DNA from: Acidimicrobiales bacterium
GTDB taxonomy: Bacteria; Actinomycetota; Acidimicrobiia; Acidimicrobiales; CADCSY01
Assembly (NCBI GenBank): GCA_025463335.1
Contig: JAOBWJ010000163.1
Span: forward strand, 14,671 to 78,670
Length of the DNA stretch: 64,000 nt
Direction of reading: 5' to 3'
The first letter of the stretch is position 1; each line of letters starts with the position of its first letter. The notes under the pieces are model-generated. The model saw only the letters and a program-made list of their open reading frames with translations. It ran no database searches and was not told where the DNA came from. Of the stretch, positions 26,901 to 34,522 are shown one piece after another. A program made the translations under genes and the position numbers.

Positions 26901-27517
26901 TCGGCGGGTACGCCGAGATGCTCGCCGACCGCCTCGACCTCGACGACGCCGACGCCGGCGCCCGGACCGGCGTGGCCGCCATCGAGCGCAACGTCCACAA
27001 CCTGGGCCGGCTGGTGGCCGCCCTCGCCGACGCCCGGGGTCTCGGGAGTGGTGGCGATTCCGTCCGCTTCGATGCCCGCAGGTTCGTCGAGCAGACGATG
27101 GCCGACCTGGCGCCGATCCTCACCGGTCATGAGCTCGAGGTGCGGGCTGCCGAGGGGAACGTCGAGGCCAGCATCACCGCAGACCCGGTGGGCCTCAGCC
27201 AGATCCTCACCAACCTGATCGGCAACGCCACCAAGTTCAGCGAGCCCGGCAACCGGATCGAGGTCAGCGTCGAGACCGACGGCCGCCACGTCCGCATCGC
27301 CGTGGTCGACCACGGCGCCGGCGTCCCGCCGGAGCGGGTGGACGAGCTGTTCGGCCGCTTCGCCAGGCTGGGCTCGACCCGACGTGGCCTCGGACTCGGC
27401 CTCTACCTGTCCCGATCCATCGCCCGCCGCCACGATGGTGACGTGACGTATGAGGCCACCCCGGGCGGTGGCGCTACCTTCGTCGTCACTCTGCCGGCGA
27501 GCACGGAGGAACGATGA
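23936..27517 (+). CDS. Cytoplasmic multidomain sensor: PAS x3, GAF, GGDEF, EAL, HisKA, HATPase_c
   Basis: Track ORF 23825..27517. ATG 23936 is preferred (GGAAGGG 6 nt upstream). GGDEF: ARGGGDEFLVL. EAL: VEALVRW, VNLS, LEMTES, DDFGTGYSS, KIDRSF, AEGVET, QGY. H-box LAVLTHELSTPL. ATPase: NLIGNATKF, DHGAGVP, GLGLGLYL. No TM segment seen. Confidence 0.9.
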   Translation: MQQRLASVLDELDETVFLVEVEPGPSLRFLTLSGRSMLQSDGTRANYDGWLVEDVLPVESAERAYHWWVKAFETRTTQHYQAEAPFPDGRIRIFDVTVFPWSGGEQLAGVIRDITNEARSREHVQARDELNRAVLDAIPTATAVVDADGEIRMVNAAWVVDATDLELAVALPGDDFLASVEHVPGAAMATRLVLDGDRASFHTDYLDRGRWFSLRVTPFEVDGTRGAILTRSDVTARVNEQHAVEQLHARWQAAFASASIGMGLVNGEGRFVQVNPKLCELFARGEEQMLAVTAQDVTPADDVSLRERITHLPSSTSGMDGFEKRYLRPDGSIIWVWVNWSTVHDDAGDLYFMQFQDIGSRKRAEARLADHHAVLELVATGADLETVLQKVADVGEAHLPGSHWVLMATGSMGWSEHVTSVGVDAAHALELDEAYRTFAPTRWRQSPGVIVIPSDGGTPVGAALRLGGAWTLPVVEDGGQVAGFVVVHDPPEHADPEDLALVEQLGSVVRIVLQRDAATRRLAERMLEDSLTGLPTRTLFHRRAEQALARIGHGSLGVAVLSADLDRFGRINESLGHLAGDEVLTEVARRLRSAVPSPDTVARGGGDEFLVLVEDIADEAAAMALADRLLAELRRPLVMDDIEFTCPASIGVVFRDTEGSSVEMLEGDAALAMAAAKAKGRDRAELFTDDLRVAMPRLSLERELAQAVTKQQFVVHFQPEVELATNRVVGVEALVRWDHPERGLLPPADFVGAAEESGVIIDIGRQVLEESCARLAEWSADDHPQLAIAVNLSARQLADPGLVEFVRAVLERHGIEPSRLVLEMTESTLVDDADRASAAFAALRDLGVSVAIDDFGTGYSSLRYLKRFPADVLKIDRSFVDGLGLDAGDSAIVAAVIRLAHRLDLTVIAEGVETPEQLAHLKRLGCEQAQGYLWSRPMTAEEMGAFLQRPLPEIPDVLVSQLEPGDDRSELDELLAVLTHELSTPLTVIGGYAEMLADRLDLDDADAGARTGVAAIERNVHNLGRLVAALADARGLGSGGDSVRFDARRFVEQTMADLAPILTGHELEVRAAEGNVEASITADPVGLSQILTNLIGNATKFSEPGNRIEVSVETDGRHVRIAVVDHGAGVPPERVDELFGRFARLGSTRRGLGLGLYLSRSIARRHDGDVTYEATPGGGATFVVTLPASTEER

Positions 27518-27539
27518 GCCCGACGGTGATGGTGCACCC

Positions 27540-28235
27540 GTGAGCGGGCCCATCCGCGTCCTGGTCGCCGAGGACGACGTCGATCTGCAGGGCTTCCTGC
27601 GCGAGACCCTCGAAGCCGAGGGCATGCAGGTCCAGACTGCGGCCGACGGCGCCGGCACGCTGCTGGCCGTGGGTGCCGACCCGCCGGACATCGTGCTGCT
27701 CGACCTCGACCTGCCCGACCTCGACGGGCTCGACGTCCTGAGCGCGGTGCGCCGCCGGGGCGAGCTCCCCGTCATCGTGCTCACCGGCCGGCGCCTCGAA
27801 CAGGACCGCGTCGCCGGCCTCGAGCGAGGCGCTGACGACTACGTGCTCAAGCCGTTCTCGTCCCGCGAGCTCATCGCCCGCATCCGCACCGTGCTGCGCC
27901 GCGCCGACCACGGCGTGGACGCGACCGAAGCCGATGTGCTCACCCACGAGGGCCTGGTGATCGACCGCACGGCTCGGGAGGTCCTGGTCGAGGGCAGGAA
28001 GGTCGAGCTCACCAAGCGGGAGTTCGACCTCCTCGCGTTCCTGGCCGCCCACCCCCGCCGTGTGTTCTCCCGCCAGGAGCTGTTGAGCGAGGTGTGGGGC
28101 TCGTCCGAGGACTGGCAGGTGCCCGCCACCGTGACGGAGCACGTGCGCCGAGTCCGCCTCAAGCTGGAGACCGACCCCACCAACCCGAAGTGGATCCACA
28201 ACGTGCGAGGCGTCGGCTACCGCTTCGCGAGCTAG
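27540..28235 (+). CDS. OmpR/PhoB-family response regulator
   Basis: Track ORF 27450..28235 trimmed to GTG 27540, the only start codon between the upstream stop and the REC domain. IRVLVAEDD, VLLDLDLPDLDG, and C-terminal winged helix LTKREFDLLAFLA ... VRGVGYRF. Confidence 0.9.
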   Translation: MSGPIRVLVAEDDVDLQGFLRETLEAEGMQVQTAADGAGTLLAVGADPPDIVLLDLDLPDLDGLDVLSAVRRRGELPVIVLTGRRLEQDRVAGLERGADDYVLKPFSSRELIARIRTVLRRADHGVDATEADVLTHEGLVIDRTAREVLVEGRKVELTKREFDLLAFLAAHPRRVFSRQELLSEVWGSSEDWQVPATVTEHVRRVRLKLETDPTNPKWIHNVRGVGYRFAS

Positions 28236-28239
28236 CGAG

Positions 28240-31005
28240 TCAGGGGCTGGTTCGGCGCGGGAGCGTGAGCACCAGCTCCGAGCCTTGGGGCCGGCGGCGC
28301 CGGTAGTGCAGGTCCCCGCCGTGCGCCCGGGCGAGGCGGCGGGAGATGAACAGGCCGAGGCCCACGCCCTTCTTGTTCCGCTCCAAGCGGGCGAACTTCC
28401 GGAAGATGTCGCCCGCCCGCTCGGGGGCCACACCCGGTCCCTCGTCAGCCACGATCACGGTGACCTCGTCCTCGTCGGCCTCGAACCACACCACGATCGG
28501 GGTCCCGGGCGGGCTGAACTTGTGGGCGTTGGTCAGCAGGTTGACGATGATTTGCTCGACCCGGCGTCCGTCGGCCTCCACGTGCACGGCCGCCGCGCCC
28601 GCCAATTCGACGACGCGGTCCTCGGGCACCGCAAGGTGCACCACGTCCTCCACCAGCTCGACCAGGTCGAACGGCGTGACGCGAAGGCTGACGGTGCCGG
28701 CATCGAGCTGCTGGGCGTCGGCCAGGGTGGCGACCAGGTGCTCGATGCGCTCCGCGTTCCGGGCCACGGCCGCCACCACCTCGGCGGCCTTGGGGATGTC
28801 GGCCACCAGCGTGGCCAGGCGTTCACACTGGCCCTTGACGACGGTGAGGGGCGTGACCAGCTCGTGGGTCAACACCGAGAGCACCTCGCCCGTGGACAGG
28901 ACGGCCGGCTCCTCGGCCTGGGCCAGGGCCGCCGCAACCGGATGGGTGGCGGTGGTTGGCGCCCAGCCCGACGCCAGCTGCACGGCGTCGCCGGGCGGGC
29001 ACGGCATCGACCACCGATAGCCCTGGGCCAGCTCGCAGCCGATGCGCTCGAGCTCGGCCAACTGTCCATCGGTCTCCACGCCCTCCGCAACCACGACCAA
29101 CCCGAGGGCCCGGCCCAGGTCGACGACGGCTTTCACGATGACCGCGTCCTCACTCTCGCGGTCGAGACCGGCAACGAACGAGCGGTCGATCTTCAGGAAG
29201 TCGACCGGGAACCGCTTCAGGTAGGCCAGCGACGAATGGCCGGTGCCGAAGTCGTCGATCGCGAGCTGCACGCCGAGGGCCTTGAGCTCTCGCAGGGTGG
29301 CCAGCGAGACCTCGGCGTCCTCCATGAGTGTGGACTCGGTGATCTCGAGCGAGAGCCGGGACGGCTCCAGCTGGTGGCGGGCCAACGTCTCGCCCACGGT
29401 GGCGACGAGGTGGGGGTCGGCGATCTGGCGAGCCGACAGGTTGACACTGATCGTGATGGGGTGCTCGGGCAGCTCGTCGCGCCACGCCGCCAGCTGCCGT
29501 CCGGCTTCGTCCAGCACCCACGCCCCGATGGGGACGATGAGAAAGGTGTCTTCGGCCACGTCCATGAACGAGCTCGGCAACAGCATGCCGAGCTCGGGGT
29601 GGTCCCATCGCAGGAGGGCCTCGAAACCGGTGAGGGCACCGTCGCTGAGTCGCACGATCGGCTGGTAGTGGAGGACGAGCTCGCCGCGATCGAGCGCGTG
29701 TCGCAGCTCGCTGGCCACCTGGGCCTTGCGCAGCGCCTCGGAGCGCATGCCGTGATCGAACAGTTCGATGCGGCCCCGGCCTCGATCCTTGGCGTGGTAC
29801 ATGGCCGCGTCGGCGTCACGTAGCAGCGTCGACGCGGTCTCCCCCGGCACCCCGGTGCCGAGCACGATCCCGACGCTGGGCGTGACGTAGAACGCGCGGC
29901 CCGCGACCAGGAAGGGATGGGACACGGAGGCGGTGAGGCGCTCGGCCAGGGCCACGGCCTCGGCCGGGCCGGTCAGCTGCTCGCAGCACACGGCGAACTC
30001 GTCGCCGCCCATGCGAGCCACCGTGTCCTCGGAGCGGAGCACGCCTTCGAACAACGAGCCCACCGCCTGGAGGATCTCGTCGCCGGCGTGGTGCCCGTAC
30101 GTGTCGTTGACGATCTTGAACCGGTCGAGGTCGACGAAGAGCACGGCGATGGTCCCCGGATGCCGGCGCAGACGGGTCAGCGCCCGGTCGAGCCGGTCGA
30201 GGAACAGTGCGCGGTTCGGGAGACCGGTCAGGGGGTCGTGCAGGGCCTGGTGCGCGAGTGTCACCTGAAGGGCACGACGCTCGGAGTTGTCCATCGACGC
30301 CCCGACCAAGCCGTGGAAGCCGATCTCCGGCGCATCGAGCTTCTCGAGGGTAGCGAGGATGGGGATGGCCGTCCCGTCCTTGCGGCTGGTGACGAACTCG
30401 CCACTCCACCTGCCGTCCTCGGCGACGGTGGCGAGGATCGAGGTGCGGAGCTCGGACGGCGCCGCGATCGTCAGCTCGTTGATGTCGTGGCCGAGCGCTT
30501 CTTCCGGCTGGTAGCCGTACAGCTCGGTGGCCCGTCGGTTCCACAGCACGACGACGCTTGCGTCGTCTGTGACCACCACCGCCGTTGGGAGGGAGTCGAG
30601 CAGCCGGGTCTCGAGGGACCCGGCCACCGCGGCCCGCCGCTGGGCGGTGACGTCATCGCCCGAGATGACGATCGCCCGGACCGCGGGATCGTGGAGCAGG
30701 TTGACCACGGTCAGGTCGAGCTCCCGCCAGGCGCCCACGAGGGGGCGGGCCCGAACCCGCAGCTCGACGCGCTCGTCCGGGGCGGCCGTGGCGGCGGCGA
30801 AGGCATCCATGGCCCGGTCGAGGTCGGCTGGGTGGATGTTGCGGAAACCCGACTCGCCCATCACGGCGTCATCGGTCGTGCCCAGCAGCAGCTTGGTCTG
30901 TTCCGACACGTGCAGGACCCGCGCGTCGGCATCGAGGAGGCAGAAGATCTCCGACCCCGCGTCCGGGACGTCACGCGCCACCGCGCCCTCGTCCGTCGTC
31001 GTCAT
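28240..31005 (-). CDS. Cytoplasmic multidomain sensor: PAS x2, GGDEF (RxxD I-site), EAL, HisKA, HATPase_c
   Basis: Track ORF. Purine-rich AAGAAGGTGGG lies directly upstream of ATG 31005. GGDEF: RSEDTVARMGGDEFAV. EAL: FEALLRW, VNLS, LEITES, DDFGTGHSS, KIDRSF, AEGVET, QGY. H-box LSVLTHELVTPL. ATPase: NLLTNAHKF, DEGPGV, GVGLGLF. Confidence 0.9.
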   Translation of the reverse strand: MTTTDEGAVARDVPDAGSEIFCLLDADARVLHVSEQTKLLLGTTDDAVMGESGFRNIHPADLDRAMDAFAAATAAPDERVELRVRARPLVGAWRELDLTVVNLLHDPAVRAIVISGDDVTAQRRAAVAGSLETRLLDSLPTAVVVTDDASVVVLWNRRATELYGYQPEEALGHDINELTIAAPSELRTSILATVAEDGRWSGEFVTSRKDGTAIPILATLEKLDAPEIGFHGLVGASMDNSERRALQVTLAHQALHDPLTGLPNRALFLDRLDRALTRLRRHPGTIAVLFVDLDRFKIVNDTYGHHAGDEILQAVGSLFEGVLRSEDTVARMGGDEFAVCCEQLTGPAEAVALAERLTASVSHPFLVAGRAFYVTPSVGIVLGTGVPGETASTLLRDADAAMYHAKDRGRGRIELFDHGMRSEALRKAQVASELRHALDRGELVLHYQPIVRLSDGALTGFEALLRWDHPELGMLLPSSFMDVAEDTFLIVPIGAWVLDEAGRQLAAWRDELPEHPITISVNLSARQIADPHLVATVGETLARHQLEPSRLSLEITESTLMEDAEVSLATLRELKALGVQLAIDDFGTGHSSLAYLKRFPVDFLKIDRSFVAGLDRESEDAVIVKAVVDLGRALGLVVVAEGVETDGQLAELERIGCELAQGYRWSMPCPPGDAVQLASGWAPTTATHPVAAALAQAEEPAVLSTGEVLSVLTHELVTPLTVVKGQCERLATLVADIPKAAEVVAAVARNAERIEHLVATLADAQQLDAGTVSLRVTPFDLVELVEDVVHLAVPEDRVVELAGAAAVHVEADGRRVEQIIVNLLTNAHKFSPPGTPIVVWFEADEDEVTVIVADEGPGVAPERAGDIFRKFARLERNKKGVGLGLFISRRLARAHGGDLHYRRRRPQGSELVLTLPRRTSP

Positions 31006-31064
31006 CCCACCTTCTTCTCGTCACGATCGGGCTCGACGTTGAGCAATCGACGCAGGTTTCCCCC

Positions 31065-31895
31065 ATGAAGCGGCGACCGACCTTCAGCCACCACACTGGA
31101 GCGATCGACGCCCGACCCGCCCCCCGTACGCCGACCCCGGCCGCCCGCCTGCGCACGGTCCTCGTCGACGACGTCGAGGACATCCGGGCCCTCCTGCGCC
31201 TCGTGATGGAGCAGGACGGCCGGTTCGAGGTGGTGGGCGAGGCGGCGGATGGCAGGGAGGCCATCGCCCTCGTCACCGAGCACCAGCCCGACGTCGTCGT
31301 ACTCGACCTGACGATGCCGATCATGGACGGCCTCACGGCGCTGCCGACGCTGCGTCAGGCCGCTCCCGGGGTGCGGGTCGTGATCCTCTCCAGCTTCCCG
31401 GTCGACCAGATGGGCCCGGTCGCCGAGCAGGCCGGCGCCGTCGGCTATCTGGAGAAGGGCCGCAACGTGCCGACGCTGGCCGCCGACATCCACCGGCTGG
31501 CCACGGTGCTCGAGGCGGTGGAGGCGGTGCTCGAGAAGGAGCTGCCGGCCGAGCCCCGCAGCGCCGGCCGGGCGCGGGAGGCGGTGACCTCCGCCCTCGT
31601 GACCGAGGTGCCCGACGCCGCCCTCGACACGCTCGTGCTGCTCACCAGCGAGCTGGTCACCAACGTGGTGGCCCACGCCCGCACGTCGTGCCACCTCGGC
31701 GTCGAGCTGTTCCCCGACGTGGTCCGGGTCAGCGTCTCCGACGAGGACGACCGGCCGCTCCGGCCCCGGCACGCCAGCGCTGACGCCGAGTCCGGCCGGG
31801 GCCTGGGGCTGGTGGCGATGCTGAGCTCGAACTGGGGGATCATCACCCACGAACGGGGCAAGACGGTCTGGTTCGAGGTCCCCCGGGGCGCCTAG
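31065..31895 (+). CDS. REC domain fused to RsbW/SpoIIAB-like ATP-binding (HATPase_c_2) anti-sigma-type serine kinase domain
   Basis: Track ORF. REC: VLVDDVEDIR, VVVLDLTMPIMDG. C-terminal LLTSELVTNVVAHA and GRGLGLVAMLSSNWG match the RsbW-type N and G boxes. The start codon is uncertain because no clear SD is present. Confidence 0.8.
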   Translation: MKRRPTFSHHTGAIDARPAPRTPTPAARLRTVLVDDVEDIRALLRLVMEQDGRFEVVGEAADGREAIALVTEHQPDVVVLDLTMPIMDGLTALPTLRQAAPGVRVVILSSFPVDQMGPVAEQAGAVGYLEKGRNVPTLAADIHRLATVLEAVEAVLEKELPAEPRSAGRAREAVTSALVTEVPDAALDTLVLLTSELVTNVVAHARTSCHLGVELFPDVVRVSVSDEDDRPLRPRHASADAESGRGLGLVAMLSSNWGIITHERGKTVWFEVPRGA

Positions 31896-32299
31896 CTCGC
31901 CGGCTCGAGGACGACGACCGGGATCTGGCGGGCGCCGGCGGTCTTCTCGTACTCGGCAAAGCCGGGCATCTCCTGCTTCTGGCGCTCCCACAGGCGATCG
32001 CGCTCGTCGCCCTCGGCGACCCGGGCTACGACGTCACGCGTCTCGGTGCCGATCTCGAGGCGAACCGACGGGTTGGCCACCAGGTTGTGGAACCAGTCGG
32101 GGTGGGTCGGCGCCCCGGCCTTCGAGGCGAAGATGATCACGTCGTCGCCATCGACGCGTGCCACCAGGGGCGTCTGCCGCGCCACGCCGCTCTTTGCCCC
32201 GGTGTGGTGGACGATCACCATGTCGGCATCGCCGAACTGGGCCACCTTCCCGGCGTTGGCCCGGAACTCGTCGATCACCTGCTGGTTCCAATCACTCAT
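31892..32299 (-). CDS. Deazaflavin (F420)-dependent nitroreductase-family small oxidoreductase (DDN-like)
   Basis: C-terminal 135 codons of track ORF 31892..33121. ATG 32299 gives MSDWNQQVIDEFRANAGKV ... HHTGAKSG ... PDWFHNL, as in DDN/DUF385 proteins. Confidence 0.8.
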   Translation of the reverse strand: MSDWNQQVIDEFRANAGKVAQFGDADMVIVHHTGAKSGVARQTPLVARVDGDDVIIFASKAGAPTHPDWFHNLVANPSVRLEIGTETRDVVARVAEGDERDRLWERQKQEMPGFAEYEKTAGARQIPVVVLEPAS

Positions 32300-32323
32300 T
32301 CCGTCGACCGTAGCCTCCACGTC

Positions 32324-32869
32324 ATGCGGTGCTTCGGCGACGGTGATCCGATCTACGAGCGGTACCACGACGAGGAGTGGGGCGTGGCCGTGCGCGACGA
32401 GCGGGGGCTGTACGAGCGCATCTCGCTCGAGGCGTTCCAGTCCGGCCTGTCGTGGATCACCATCCTCCGCAAGCGAGAGGGCTTCCGGGCCGCGTTCGCC
32501 GGCTTCGATCCCGAGGTGGTGGCCGAGTACGGGCCGGCCGACGTCGAGCGGTTGCTGGGAGACGCCGCCATCGTGCGCAACCGGGCCAAGATCGGGGCGA
32601 CCATCGCCAACGCCCGGGCCGTGCTCGACCTCCGCGATGCCGGCACGTCGCTGCCCGACCTGCTCTGGTCGTTCGCCCCCACGACGCCCAACGCTCCTGC
32701 CGAGCGGCTCCACGACGTGCCGTCGACGACGCCCGAGTCCAAGGCCCTGGCCAAGGCGCTCAAGGCCCGCGGCTTCCGCTTCGTGGGCCCGACCACGGCC
32801 TACGCCGCCATGCAGGCGTGCGGGCTCGTCGACGACCACCTCGCAACCTGCCAAGTGCGGCGCCTGTAG
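32324..32869 (+). CDS. tag: DNA-3-methyladenine glycosylase I
   Basis: Inner part of track ORF 32087..32869. ATG 32324 gives MRCFGDGDPIYERYHDEEWG ... LEAFQSGLSWITILRKRE ... FVGPTTAYAAMQACGLVDDH. Confidence 0.9.
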   Translation: MRCFGDGDPIYERYHDEEWGVAVRDERGLYERISLEAFQSGLSWITILRKREGFRAAFAGFDPEVVAEYGPADVERLLGDAAIVRNRAKIGATIANARAVLDLRDAGTSLPDLLWSFAPTTPNAPAERLHDVPSTTPESKALAKALKARGFRFVGPTTAYAAMQACGLVDDHLATCQVRRL

Positions 32870-32909
32870 GCGTCGCGCGAGGTCCCGGCGCAAGGAGGCA
32901 GCACGTTTT

Positions 32910-33182
32910 TCAGTCGACCGGTTCGAGCATGACCTCGTCGACGTAGCACCACAGCCACCGCTCCCCGGGCTGGAACGAGCGGATGATCGGGTGCTGGGTG
33001 CCACCGAAGTGCTTGGTGGCGTGCTTGCCGGGCGACTGGTCGCAGCAGCCGACGTGACCACACGACATGCACATCCGAAGGTGGACCCAGTCACGCCGGC
33101 CGGCAGCCAGGCAGTCCTCACAGCCGGGCGCCGAGGGCGTCACGTCACGCATCTGGCCGAGGTGGGAGCAGACCTCCATCAC
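32910..33182 (-). CDS. UBP-type zinc-finger protein
   Basis: Track ORF. Cys/His-rich: CEDC ... HLRMCMSCGHVGCCD ... KHATKHF. Confidence 0.75.
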   Translation of the reverse strand: MMEVCSHLGQMRDVTPSAPGCEDCLAAGRRDWVHLRMCMSCGHVGCCDQSPGKHATKHFGGTQHPIIRSFQPGERWLWCYVDEVMLEPVD

Positions 33183-33188
33183 GGCAAC

Positions 33189-33629
33189 CTAGGTTCCCGC
33201 CGGCGCCTTGGCCAGCGCCCCCTCGAGCCATTGGCGCAGGGCCGCGGCCGGGGCGGCGCCGGTCTGGCGGGCCACCACCTCGCCGTGGTCGAGGACCACG
33301 AGGGTGGGGATGCCCTGGACCTCGAAGCGCCGGGCCACCGAGGGCGACTGGTCGACGTCGACCTTCACCAGCTTGACCTTGCCGGCGAACTCCCGGGCCA
33401 GCTCCTCGAGCGCTGGGCTCACCGCCCGGCACGGCCCGCACCACGGCGCCCACAGGTCGAGCAGCACCGGCAGACCGGACTTCACGGCCACGTCGGTGAA
33501 GGTGGCGTCGTCGGCTTCGGCCAGCCACGGGAGCGGGTTGTGGCAGTTGCCGCAGCGCGGGATGCCCTCGCTCGCCGCCGGCACCCGGTTCTTGGTGCCG
33601 CAGTGCGGGCACACCACTACGTCGGTCAT
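33189..33629 (-). CDS. trxC: Thioredoxin with N-terminal zinc-finger extension (Trx2 type)
   Basis: C-terminal 146 codons of track ORF 33189..33746. ATG 33629 has GAGGAGG 5 nt upstream. Two CxxC pairs (CPHC, CGNC), then the WCGPC active site. Confidence 0.9.
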   Translation of the reverse strand: MTDVVVCPHCGTKNRVPAASEGIPRCGNCHNPLPWLAEADDATFTDVAVKSGLPVLLDLWAPWCGPCRAVSPALEELAREFAGKVKLVKVDVDQSPSVARRFEVQGIPTLVVLDHGEVVARQTGAAPAAALRQWLEGALAKAPAGT

Positions 33630-33639
33630 CGAAGCCTCC

Positions 33640-34473
33640 TCACGGCAGCGGCACCAGCAGCACGGGCGAGACCGACCGCCGGACCACGACGGCCGGCTCG
33701 CTGTTGTCGAGCAGGTGGTGGATGCCCGCGCGGGCGTGGGCGCCAACGACGACCAGCGACGCCGGGTTGAACCGCAGGTACGTCACCACCCCGTCGGCCG
33801 GGCGGATCGGATCCCACACGGTCACGGGCTCGACCTCGACCGGGCTGCTCGACGCGTAGGGCTCGACCACCTGGCGCAGACGGTCCTCCACGTCGCCCGA
33901 CGGGCCGAACCGGCGGCGGACCGGCCCGGCGCCCACCGGCTCCGGCACCGGCTCGGCCACGGTGACGGCCCGGACCGGCTCCCGAAGCAGTCGGCCCCAG
34001 CCCAGGGCCGCCGGGAGCACGGTGACGACCGAGGCCGACGTGGGGTCGACCGCTGCCACCACGCCCTCCCCCGGCCACGCCTGGTCGACCTCGGGCCCGA
34101 CGACGACGATCGGGTCGTGGCCCCGGGCCACCACGTCGACTGCCACCGAGCCCAACAGGGCGGCAGATCGGCCCCGGCCGTGACTGGCCATGCAGGCCAC
34201 CGCCGAGCCCAGCCGCCGGAGCGTCTCGTGGATCTCGCCGGCCGGGTCGCGGTCGACCACGACCGCGCGACGGACCCGCCGGCCCGGCAGCTCGACATCG
34301 GCGAGCGCTCGCTCCCGCTCGGGGATCTCCTCGACCGTGTCGACGGTGCTGAGCAGGTGGATCTCGGCATCGAGCGCCCCCGCCAACCAGTCGGCGATCG
34401 GCAGGGCGAGCAGCGAGAAGCTCGAGCCGTCGAGGGGCACCACGACTGCGGTGATGGACTCGGGCACGTTCAT
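33640..34473 (-). CDS. Universal stress protein, tandem USP domains
   Basis: Track ORF. Two USP-like halves, each ending in G-x-H/S-G-R/A-type and VPVLLV-type motifs (MASHGRGRSAALLGSVA; VVGAHARAGIHHLL ... SPVLLVP). Confidence 0.8.
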   Translation of the reverse strand: MNVPESITAVVVPLDGSSFSLLALPIADWLAGALDAEIHLLSTVDTVEEIPERERALADVELPGRRVRRAVVVDRDPAGEIHETLRRLGSAVACMASHGRGRSAALLGSVAVDVVARGHDPIVVVGPEVDQAWPGEGVVAAVDPTSASVVTVLPAALGWGRLLREPVRAVTVAEPVPEPVGAGPVRRRFGPSGDVEDRLRQVVEPYASSSPVEVEPVTVWDPIRPADGVVTYLRFNPASLVVVGAHARAGIHHLLDNSEPAVVVRRSVSPVLLVPLP

Positions 34474-34522
34474 GTCCGCTTGATCTCCTGGTCGCTGAGG
34501 TGGTGCTCGGGGGTGGCGAAGG

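Noticed and set aside
22280-27784. Giant 1834-aa ORF on the minus strand.
   Set aside because: It runs antisense to the desaturase-adjacent region, the PaaX-like gene and the whole 3.6-kb sensor gene, all of which have clear domain motifs. Its translation is low-complexity (R/G/A/P/V-rich) with no recognisable motif. Long stop-free antisense frames are expected at this GC content.
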